DNA from: Trichoplax adhaerens
Lineage: Eukaryota; Animalia; Placozoa
NCBI RefSeq assembly: GCF_000150275.1
Contig: NW_002060947.1
Span: 7,611,880 to 7,675,879, forward strand
Reading direction: 5' to 3'
Length of the DNA stretch: 64,000 bases
Shown here: piece after piece, positions 27,888 to 40,300 of the stretch
Numbering within the stretch: position 1 is the first letter of the stretch
How the letters are laid out: each line of letters starts with the position of its first letter
The notes under the pieces: model-generated
The model's database searches: none
What the model was told of the DNA's origin: nothing
The model's input: only the letters and a program-made list of their open reading frames with translations
Translations under genes and position numbers: made by a program

Positions 27888-28926
27888 TCTTGAGAATAAA
27901 TTAAAAATGCGAAGGATAGATGTAGTTAGGAATAAGATTTAAGCCAAGATAGTGCTATGCTATGTCAATGGTTTATAAGCATACCACTGCTGCGGGTCAT
28001 TAAAGTGTTGCGAAACAGTATCAAACAGTTCAGAATAGCAAGAATATTATTTGGAAGCCATATTTAGATAAATTTCCCCGCTCTTGAAAAATTGTTACAC
28101 TTCTAGCGGGCCGTGATTCTTAACTAAAATTATATTGACGCAATGATAAACTATGACACCTACGAGCATTAAATATACAGTAGCAAATAACATTAGCTTC
28201 TAACACTGGATCTATGCGTAGTTAATCTGCATCTTCATTTTAACTGTTGAACAGACTAAAGACTAATTAAACTTGAAGTTAAAAGAAAATAGAAGTAGTC
28301 GTAGCTTTAAATCAGCAATCATGGACAAATACAATAGTTTTGATTACATTGTTACTAATACTGCCAACGTGAAATTAATTTAAATTTAACATTTAAAATA
28401 TTGACAAATTATTTGCATCTTTTACTAATCAAAATATTCTGATCCATATCTTGCGTAGATTACTCTTATTACTAAAACAAGTAAATATCTTAACTATTTA
28501 AGTTATAGGTTGCAAGTAAATCACGTTCAATTATAAGTTCTTAAACACCATAATCATTTCGGACCACAGTGTTGTAAAACAGTAACTTTGCCTCCGTCAT
28601 TAGATATTACAAGATGCAAATAATAGCGTATTTACTTACTTGTATAGCGATCGATTCAATGAATTACAAGATGTATAAGTGTGATGGCAGACAATTGTTT
28701 AATCAAACTCCTACTGTACTGAATGCTTAAAATGGTGATAGAAATAAATTCTTGAAATAAGAATCTCGCTGAATCGTATAAATGATAATGCAAGCGTGAT
28801 TAAGCCAGTCAACTATAAGCGTAAACTTTTAACTATAAATAGATAGTCTATACTATTATTTTGTTCCATTTTATTGCTACTAAAACTCTGTACGATTAGT
28901 ACTAAGGATTGGGATTATGATATCCT

Positions 28927-28952
28927 TGACGTAGAATGGTTGGCATGGCAAT
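28927..28952 (-). promoter_or_regulatory. Conserved upstream element of paralogue B: CRE half-site plus X-box-like motif (28939-28952)
   Basis: Identical 26-mer TGACGTAGAATGGTTGGCATGGCAAT about 1.04 kb upstream of the ATG; followed by GAGC(A/G)TGCGTA in both paralogues. Confidence 0.7.
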
Positions 28953-31594
28953 GAGGCCATAAAACACATTGAGCATGCGTATTAATTTCGATTGTTTATC
29001 TTCCACCTTCAAATTTCTGGTATGTCAACTTGTATTTGCCTAAAATCTCACATTTTATTAAGAAATGAAGCTAACTGGCAAAGATTATCATATCAGAATC
29101 TAAAATAGTAAATTAATTCGGAGTTTTTCACCATTTTAATTTTAGTATCATCATTGCTAGACTTAATCAGCAAGATTGGTTCCAGTTACAAATTCCTACT
29201 ATATTCTTACTTTAAGCTAATCGAATTATAAAATACTTTGCAACAGTTATGATATTTAACCAGCAGATAGATGCATTACTTAATTAGGATATTTTATGTG
29301 AATTAGCATGGAATTTGACCATGCTACTGTGAATATTATTTTAATGTTAGCAGTTGAAAACGAAGCTTGAATAACGTATTATATTAAAATGTTGAATAAT
29401 TCAAAACATCTGACTAATATAAATTATGTAACTAATACGAAGGTTATCTGCATCTTGCAAGGATCTGAGAAGAATTAATAATATTTATATGAATTATCAG
29501 TCAGCTGTAGGAAGTCAATTACCTTGACAATCTGCTGCTGAAATGATATTACTTACAGAAGCCTGCATTCTCAGCATAATATAGTAAATAGAGCAATTCG
29601 ATAGCGAACCGATCTAGTAAGTGCAGAGTATTCAACTAGTTTAATTATTACCTTAAACATCTCTAGAAATATTAATAACAAAATTACAATTATCATTTAA
29701 AATTAAATTTTCTAGCCTATTTTCCGCTAATTTGAGTTGATATCACATTAATTCAAATAGAAATTTATCTACGTGATAACTCGTTAAGTAAAGAAATAAG
29801 ATTATTACCACCATCATTCACCCCCAATCATTCTTCCAGTTTACACTTCTCTAAGGAGGAACAGTCTTGGCCGAAAAAATATCCTACTAATTTTAACATA
29901 ATCAACTTTAGTGTGGTAGCTACATAAGAAAGTCCTGCAAGCTAAGTACTAAAATGATGAGCTAATAAATTCACAGTCAATCATTATTATCACTTACTCT
30001 ATCAATATTAGTCTTGATGGAATGAGAATATGATATTATTCATTGCTGCATAACTGAAGAATCGACCCAAGTCACTTTAGAACAATAGTTCATACACTAT
30101 CTGTTTATAATAATTGGTAAAATTATATATCAAACTCGAAATGCATTTGCTTGTTCAACTTCCAGCTCGTATAAAACGAATTGTGAAAATTTGTACAAAT
30201 AGAGACCGTAACAATCTACCAACGCGTAATCCCTTTTACATTACGAGAGATTACGATAAAAGAATAATTTAAAGTTTATGATCAAGACTTTGCACTGCTA
30301 GATCTATATCGAGTTGGTATCTGTATTTATGGCAATCAAATTGAACGATTTGAACATATTATGGATCACCTGGGAATCCGTCTTCTTTTACCTTTAATAT
30401 GCCTTATCATGAGTGCATATAACATTAATATGGAATGCTACTAATATTTCTCGCATTCCAATAAAATGATTACAGTAGAAACGGACTACGGGTTTCTTTA
30501 TTGCCTCTTTTTACCCCTTCATGTGTTATCACATGAATATGTAAAATTATTATGGAACAGTATCGTAACTTAATAAGAAAGTAACAATATAAAGAGACTA
30601 GAGCATTTTCATCGCCTCCTTTTACTTCTTACATGCCATGTCACGAGTTAACGTATGTCACAAACCGGCTTCGTGACAAGGATAACGTAAAATAAATCTC
30701 TAAATTACTATAGTCTCCGGGATTCAGTATCCCTTAATTACCTCACAAGAATTTAGACGTCTTTTATTCTACGTTAAACTCAACTAGACAATTGGGAACT
30801 ACTTTATTCAACTATCTGACGGGCTTATATACCCTTCTACAGCAGCTAACATTCATGAGTCATCTTATAAAAATACTTATGTGAGAATAACTACTAACTA
30901 ATTTTTCACAGTCGGACTACAATATGTCCATTCACAGAATCGTTTCAGAGCACATTACAGCACAGCATTAAATTTACTGTAACACATTTATAATTAGAGT
31001 AATTCCTATTGTAAGTAGCTAGTTGTAATATATTATCACTATATTATATTAACCAAATTTAGAGAGCTGTTTCTTCACAGTAGTTCGTACCGTGACAACG
31101 TAATATTAATGTAAAATAGTACTGGTATTCTATATCAATAAAAAGAGGTTGCAATACAAACATAATGCAGGTTTGACGATAGTTATTAAATTCATAACAT
31201 TAAAAGCCTCTCCAGTCGGTAATATCAATTATCACGTTCTTCTATCCATTGTACATTAAATTTAAACCAGGCGCGAAATATAAAACACGGTTTCAAACCG
31301 AAATTAAACAAAAAGTAATAGTCCGTATAGAGAGAACAGAAGATGAACTAAATGAGATGGAATACAAAATCAATAAGGAGTCGCTATCCCAACGGTTCGA
31401 TTACTACTTACTGCTTAATTCACGCTTGATATTGTTATACGCATAAAAGCATTTTAATGGCATCGTANAGGATGATCAGTAATTGAAAATTGTCCAATTA
31501 TTTCCATTATGAACTCGACCAATACATAGAGAAAGACTATCCACCAAAACAGGTGCAAGCTCTCCAACTGCAGTTATAAATAATAGGCCCATGA

Positions 31595-31602
31595 TGACGT
31601 CA
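31595..31602. promoter_or_regulatory. Perfect CRE palindrome TGACGTCA upstream of alpha2delta (second copy at 33862-33869)
   Basis: Sequence match only; lies just upstream of splice-donor/acceptor-like signals (~31790-32140) that may be 5' UTR exons. Confidence 0.3.
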
Positions 31603-34349
31603 CATCAATTGATGAGCGGAATAATAGATATCGGTCATTTCTATATCAATAAAATTATTGTTACCTAACGCGTTATCTATATAACGGTATTCAAGCGTCG
31701 AATAGGATAATCATGGCCTATATGAACAACTGGTTTTAAATTAATCATCATCATCATTAGTATAGCTACATAAGACACGTCTAGAAACTAGGTAATAGAT
31801 AGGACTTGGGTTCTATTATTGTATAAGATTGAAAAAATATTTTCCATTTTTTCTATGCACAGGTAAATAGAGTCGAAATCATCCTTTATGAGCAACGTTA
31901 ATAAACAGGTTTAACTTTTTCCTGACAGATAATCATTATATCATTGCTGACTTGAAATCAACTGATTTGAACAACACTCTATCGATTCTTGATCGCTTTC
32001 CTTCCATTTTCGATCGTCAACGTTACTATTAGCATCGATTTGAGTAACAAGAAAACGCTTGAAATATTAGTATACGAAAAAAACTCTAAATTATCTATTT
32101 TACAAAAGATCTACAACCATCCAGTTATTCCCGTAAGTATGATCTATTCATGAACCGATTCAACCGATGTCTTTGGCTTTGCTTTTACTCTTTCCTTGTC
32201 TGACGTATAGTTAGCGTTTAACTTAACTATGAGTTTTGGTAATTGTTATATAATTTAGTGGTGGATTAGGATTGTGACTATTGAAGCAGAGAGTATCTAA
32301 ACTTTAGCATTTTTTGTTTCATAGTTGCCAATAGTATATAAAATCGATTTAAATTGGACATTAGAAAATTTGCTATACCACACTTCAGAAACTCTACTAA
32401 TTTCATAGGAGTTAAGCCATCGATATAGTCGCATAGATAAGAGTAGCACTAGAAGCTGAAATCGAATAGCGTAGTCCTGCACCGGTTTTAAAAAATTCTA
32501 ACTAATACTGAATTAAAATTGAGTATGAATACGTTACGGAACATCTTGATAATGCTTGCATTTCCCTTCACATGATATAAGAATAACTTTAATATATTTT
32601 TCCTATAAGAAGGATAATTATGGACCTAAAATTAAAGTATAATAATTATCTCATAAGTTGGTATGCTTATTACAAACTCTTGTTTATGATAGCTTGTTTC
32701 ACAAATGAATTGAAATTCAATCTCTTAAAACTAATAAGGCAACTACGGTATTTCAAGGCCATCCTTTGATGAAAAAGGGGATAAACTATACACGTTAGAG
32801 TAAAATCTCGTTTTATTACGTCATGTAAAGCTATCTGCTAAAGCCAGAAATTAATTTAAATATTCTAGGTATGTAGTTAAATTACCCAAAATTACTAATT
32901 ACATAAGCACATCTATGAAACGTTTTAAAGTGAATTTAAATCGTAGCTTTTGATATTTTCTGGATATCATGCAACCTTTCGCACGTACAACTTTAACTTT
33001 TAGATAGTAAAATGATAACAAAAACAGTACTTTTACTTTTAAAGGTAACTGAAAGCACATTTGACCAATGTTGTAAGTTTAATATTGTATATAGCGAATT
33101 TCCGTATTTGATCGACAGTTTAAGACTAAAGAAAGTATAAGTTTCTCTATCTTCGTCATCTTTCTATTTGGTTCTTAAGAATATTCAGTATTTCGGTTAT
33201 AAGTTAGAATTTAATTATCTTCAAACTTACTAAAACTAGTCCTTTAGTGAAACAAATATGGAGCAACTTTTACCCGATTTTAGGCCAACTATGTATCTTA
33301 ATAATGAATTCTTCATTTATCCCTTATTTTATTACTGTTAGTAATTCTTTTATCAATTTCTCCGCATGATTCGATAGATGTTCTGTTCTGAATTCAAATC
33401 AATCATCTATAATTTATTCGATTGGTTACTTGATCTTATTAAAAGAAGTTCTTATTAAACTGTAAATAAATGGTGGAGGCGATAAAAGTTTAAGAAAACT
33501 GAATCGCTCATTCATTAGTAAAATCATGGCATCATCATATAACCTATGCTATGTTATCCTTTACCAAATCCAAAGGAGAGATTTAATATCGTTAGTACTC
33601 AAGCATACCGTATAGCAAAATTTTTAAAGGGAAAATAATAAGTATTTGTAAATAATCGCACCGTGATATTTTAATAGTGCTTCCTGATATCAAAAATTTA
33701 CACGGATCATGAATATAGATACCAATGCACTAGTGCATCATACTAAAATTAAAAGAGCCCTTAAAAATAGACCGTGAATAATCTCTTTTACTATTAGATT
33801 TTACACAACTTATCCGAAGACAGTCCTTCAAATGTTAATTTCTCGTGTATTTATCTAGTTTTGACGTCATTGAGCGACAGCTTCTTCATATTTCTAATCA
33901 GGGTTCCTAGTTGGTTAAGAATGTCATACCTTACCGAAATATATTAATTCGAATTATACTTAATATCCCATAATACCAAATCTTCTGTCGAAGCTTAATA
34001 TTTAGAAGAGATACTTTCGATAGTATTTAATTCAATCAATCGCATAGAATAAGATATCTATAATCTATTATTTGGATTAATAACTCGTTACATATCCTAT
34101 CATATTGCAGAAAAAATATATGAAAACATCCTATTTGTATTTTTAGAGCTAATGATAGATAGTGTTGTTGAAAAGGACCGAAAATTGAATTTTTTTCTCT
34201 GCTCTAAATTTTAAACTTATAGCTGCAATTTATGTCTAATTGAACCATCACTGATCTTACTCGAATTCTCAAATGATTATAACTTCTGTGGAATGATTTG
34301 GTGATAGAAAATATCTAATTTCGCTTTTATTTGCTTGTAGATTATAGAA

Positions 34350-37300
34350 ATGATGTCACAACAACGCAAATTCCTGACAACTGTGGCATTTTTAGCCTTT
34401 ATTGGCATTTTCAACAGCCATGTTATTCGTGGGCAACAATTTAATCTTGAAAAGTAAGTAAAATTGCGGATGTGATCTATTATTCGATAACAAGCAACAC
34501 AAAAATGTGTCTTTTACAGCCTATATTGCTAGATATTAGATTTTTAATATTAAAATAAGATTTTTGGGAATAATACCATATAAATATCATCGATGCAATC
34601 TTTAAATGCCTATTTAGTCATATCATGAAAAGGTCTCCTATGATAAATGCAAGTCAGGTTTGACTTTATGGTAGTAGCACTTTCATTGAAAGTAGATGAA
34701 ATATTTCTATCAGTTTTGGTTTCATAGCTGATTGCCATTCTTGTTTAATCTTTATAAATGATTACTGCTTCTGCTTATAATTTATATACGGATTAAAAAT
34801 GAGGTTTACACTATACAGTATAGACGAGTATAGTCCTAATTTAATTATACTATAATTTAATCGATGTAAATAACCTATCAAAGTTTCTAAAAAATTCTTT
34901 GCATGAAAGAACTCGAATAGTGAACTCGTCCAAATTAGTGACCAATAGTCAAACTAAGAATTTATAGCCTTAAACAACTTTAAATGAGGGATTCAATATT
35001 ATGAACGCGTAGTATAATTACGCTGCTCTTAATTTCAAGTAGCATATTTAGTCTACCTTAGCAAAATATATGTCTTTCATAACAAAAAGAGCATGAACCG
35101 CTAATAATAATTTTCCAGGTCAAAGCCGGCCCCGATGATTAATGATACTAACCAATCTACCTTTCTATTATGATCTAAGTCTTAACTCGTTACTACTTGT
35201 ATTACAGCATTAATTTATGGGCTGACCAAATTGGAAATGAATTAAATCGAATTGGATATGAAATTTTAGATTTGAATAAAATTGAGAATGTAAGTGAAAG
35301 TTCTTGATGATATTCACAGGTAGCATTTTGCTAGAAATTGATAACAATAAATTTTATTTTGATTATTTAATTCTAATATAGCTATAAGCTTTAGCCGGTA
35401 TAATTACGATTAAAACGTTAAAAATCAATGCAGAAAGCAATAATAAGGATGTCTAATATAATTCAATTTATGATAAATATTTCTTCAAAATATCAATCAG
35501 AGATTCATGCTGCTATTGTATTTAAGCTGGAAGCTTTGAATTTTTTCTTACAGATATATCAAAAGCAAGATTTATATGTTCAGAATTTGAATGGATCATT
35601 TCTCATCCAACAGCTTGCTAGAAATTTACGTGAAACATTCTCTACTAAAGTTGCGGCTCTTCAGGTAAATTTGATTTACTGTATCAATCTTAGTCTAATG
35701 TTAACTATAAGACGAAATACTGTCTAACTATCTATAAATTTGGTCTGAATAACTTGACTTAGCTGATATATAGTTATAGATAAATGTTCATGCTTAATCT
35801 TACTCTTTAAGGCTGTCATTATTGGAGTTTATTATTACTATATCATGCCGTATGCAAATAGTAATGTAAAAATTATCAAACTTTTTAGACTTTACACAAC
35901 AAATAAGAGTAAAATAATCAAAAATTGAACAAGCTAGAAGAATAACAATATTTCACTGATTATAAGGCTCTAACTTTCTTGTCCAATAGTAAGATAATTT
36001 CAGTTTTCAATTTTGTTTTCCTCCTATATTTGAATAGAATCTGGTCGATGCTGTTCAAATATTAGCTAATGATAAATTGACCAACTTGACGGAGTTAAGA
36101 CAGGTGAGAATAGCTTATTTTAACTTGCTAGTGTTATTTAACCTGACATTAAAGTTATACTTGTTGCATTATTCGTTTAGCTACATTACTATGACTCTTT
36201 AAGTTCTAATATAACCAGCGAACTGACTATGACATACAGCACGAAATTTAAGACGCTTATTAATTCAAGTCTGAGTGTTATTCAAATTCCTACCAATGTT
36301 TATTCCGGAAGTAAGATAAAATTTAATACTAAATGGGATAACATGGCTATTCGAAGATTAAATTTTCATTAAGCTTTCGAAGTAGAATTCTAAATCTATA
36401 TTTTACAGGTCGCAGTATTTTGGCAACAATTGAATATACAAAAAATCTTAATGATTATTTTATTGAAAACTACAATAATGATCCAAACTTAAGAAACCAG
36501 TATTTTGGTGGGAATGACGGAGTTTTTCGCACATTTCCAGGTTAGAGATTCTTTCTAACTAAAAGTATGAATGCGTTAATACTCGATAGTTTTGGATAGT
36601 TTCTATTAATTATGCGGAATTAGCACGGATATTTAACATATCTATATGGATTCCGTGGTAAGGTTCATCTATAATGACAATTTTTATCTATCCTTTATCT
36701 TGTCAAAATAATCTGCAGGAAGACCATGGCCCAAGGATGAAAGTGGGATCGTCTTATACGATTGCCGACAACGTGGATGGTAAGAACGATATCAGAAAAT
36801 ATTGCTTAGAACATAAAAATTTTAGAGCCGAGTAAACTAGAAAATAGTTACATATATAATAGCTCAGCTTATACGAACCACAGCATAGAAGCAGTAGCTG
36901 CTTCTATATCTTTAAACCATTTATTTTCGATAAGTAATACTACAGCGACAAATAAGCAATAGCCAAGTGCATATATTATATTTTGCAATGAAGGTATATT
37001 TTAGGTTCGGATTCTCCTAAGAATGTGATTATCTTGATTGACAGGTAAACATCATACTAATATATCTAAGTAGTGAATACTACTCAGCGCTGTGCATTTA
37101 ATCGTACTTAATCTTCAACTAATAGCTCTTATTGACCGAACTATATTCTTGTGGTTGTAGAAGTGGCAGTATGAGAGGAATGCCGTTAGCAATTGCTAAG
37201 TGGGGTACATCCAATCTTCTTGATACATTGAATCAGAATGATTTTTTTACTATCCTAACGGTAAAGGATATTATCCATAATAGATAATCAGAATATTTCT

Positions 37301-40300
37301 TTAGTTATGAGGATAGTACAAGTTACAGAGATGCCTTTTTTTACTAATTAGTTTAACGAAAGTATAACTCCAGTAATTGATTGCTATACAAACTTAATTC
37401 AAGCTACTGATGAAAATAAAAAGGTAAAAAGCTACTTGTATAAATTGTTTGTGTGGAAATATAAAGTATTGTATCGATTTAATACATGATTCGTTGCTTA
37501 ATACTTTGGATTTGTTTACTATACGCTATATCTAATAGTCAAATAAATTTATTCACGTAAATTAGCTGTATAAAACCTATCTTGAAAAATTTACCGATGG
37601 TGGTCGGGCGGATTTCAACCATTCTTACGCTATGGCATTTGACTTGCTGCAAAATGCAAAAACACAATCATTTCGTCATAGTGCAAAATGTCAGGAAGCG
37701 ATTGTTTTATTTACTGATGGCGCTGCTCAGTACACTGAAAAATTACTCGCAGAAAGAAATAGCGAGAAAAAGGTTAAAGTAAAAATTTTTAACACGTATT
37801 CGCATAGTTAATATCTTGCCATGGAAGAGTACATGCTGTTATATAAGAATGTGAAGATGTTTAATAATTAGAGCGTTAACATCAACTGTTACAATTTTAG
37901 AAGATTTTCAGTAATAAATTAATCCAGATTGATTCTTTATCTCCATCATTTAATTTAAAATCTGCCATAAGTATCTGTACTGACGTGATGAATTATAGTA
38001 TTGACAGAACATCTTTATCGCTAACAGTTCAACGAAACTAATCAGGCAACTAGTTTCTTATTACTCATTAACAGCTATTTTATGGCACTGCAGTGGCAGA
38101 AGCCATATCTTTGCTTCTCTTAAATTCAATTTTAGTAGTATAACACCAAGCCAATCTGGCTATATTCCGATCTATGACAGATCAATTGTTTGCTCACGAT
38201 AGAATAACTAAATTTTTAATCTTTAGATTCGCATTATTACATTTGTCGTTGGTCCTCAATTTTATGACACCGTTCCTATCGAAAAATTGACGTGTGAATA
38301 TAATGGTAAAAGTTTGGATTAATCTAATAATTATCGATATTCTCTATATCCTACTACAAACTTATATTATCTTTACTCCGTGTATAACACGCATGTACCA
38401 TTATTTTAAGCCGAATAAACCTATCTAAGATATTATTTCTTTTAATCTATTACTCTTAAAATTATCTAACAAATGGCAGGTTTTCTTGGTAAGATACCCA
38501 GCATGGGCGAAGTTGGAGACGCTATTCGGGTATGTGGCATAGATGTTGCATTATAGTTATAGTAAATTGATCAAAATAAGGCTAGTGTAATTAAATATAT
38601 CATAATTATTCCATAGCAATATACAGAAGTTATGAATAGACCACTATTAAACGACAAAAACCATCCGGTAAAATGGACAAGCGTATATTGGGACAAACTG
38701 GTAAGTTTGATTACAAACATGCCACCGATCATAGAGAAATTAATGTCCTAAATAATATGAAACACTGAAACTGATACCGATATTTATAATATGAAATCGA
38801 ATCTGACCTAATCTTATTATAGGGAATGGGACTGGTAACCACTGCTGTAATGCCAGCATTTAGATTTAATTTAACTGTGAGTTTCCTATAAATTATTTTA
38901 CTTTATACGCGTATACATCTTTGCATACTTCCTCTGCCTTGGTGTTGATAAAGACTTTAACTTCGATTTTATAATTTTACTAACAATCTCTTGATTCTAG
39001 GCGAGTTTAAACCCTGAACAACTCTTGGGAGTTATGGCTACGGATGTTCCCATCGAAATGTTTCAGCAATGTGTTCCTCAGCACCTAGTAAAGTTAAAAT
39101 AGATGTGCATGCAATCCCTACATTCAATTAATGCTATCTAGACACAAAATAAATTAGAAATTAAAAGATTATGATAATCTACGTACTTTTCTTTGCTAAT
39201 TTGATATAGCTTCTACCTAATGGATACGCATTTGTGATCGATAATAATGGTTTAGTTTTGTTTCATCCGGGTATAAGAGCAACGGTAAATGATATGTAAT
39301 AAATTTTAGATAAACTGTCCACTAAACATGCAATACTATGTGCGTGCGATTTAGTAAAAGTTCATTAACTCAATAAATCCTTACATGGATCTAACTAAAA
39401 ATTTTTTCGTCACTGCAGGATGGCTATATTGACAATCCACCACCAGTTGACATCATTCATATAGAATATGGAAGTAGAATTGAAGAGGTATGAGAATTTT
39501 AAAGCAAACCGTAAAGGATAAATCTTTCAGTGCTATATCTTTCTAGTGCTATTAGTCATATTGTGCATAAACATAATTGAAGATTAGAGCAACAGAGAAT
39601 CTATTCTTTCATATTCGCTTTATCTACACATTTCTAGCTTCGTAAAGCTATGATTGATAGATTATCAGGCTCAATGACTATGGAAACTAAGCTTTTGTAC
39701 AGAAATTATGAAAAGGTAAAGAATTTGAGTCATAACTTTAAGCTACTTTGAACCAGTCATTTAGTTGGTTTAGTAATAATGGATCATATTCAATTAATTC
39801 AGGGGCAAGGAGTCGTTAAAAGGATGACCTATCACTTCATGCCTGTTGTTAATACCAGCTATAGGTAAATGCATGTTGATATCTGAAAAATTTTGTTTCG
39901 CTTCAACTCTATTGTTGGCAATATTTGCTATTGTCAAAATAAAATATAAAATCTAACATTTTCTAAATTATAAAAGCAATTCGCCTAAAGTTTGAATACA
40001 GGGCTTAAAGTACATTATTTTATTAATAATTTAGCGTGGCTATCGCCATTGAAGATAATACTGGAATACCAATATCTAATTCATGCTATAGTAAAGGTAT
40101 TTATCCATACTTATAACAAAAATGTATTCCGGTTTAATTATAAAGACAGTCATAATAGAGGTAGTATTCAAGAATATTTACGATATTCAATGCAAAAAGT
40201 TCTTGTATAATCTTATTTTTTAGGTCTAGAATATCTAAATAATATGACAAAAAGTGAAATAACAACTAAAATACTAGACTGGTAAGATTTATTATATCTT

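Noticed and set aside
31249-31468. 65-aa ORF and an ambiguous base N at 31468
   Set aside because: No motif or splice support for the ORF; the N is an assembly ambiguity.
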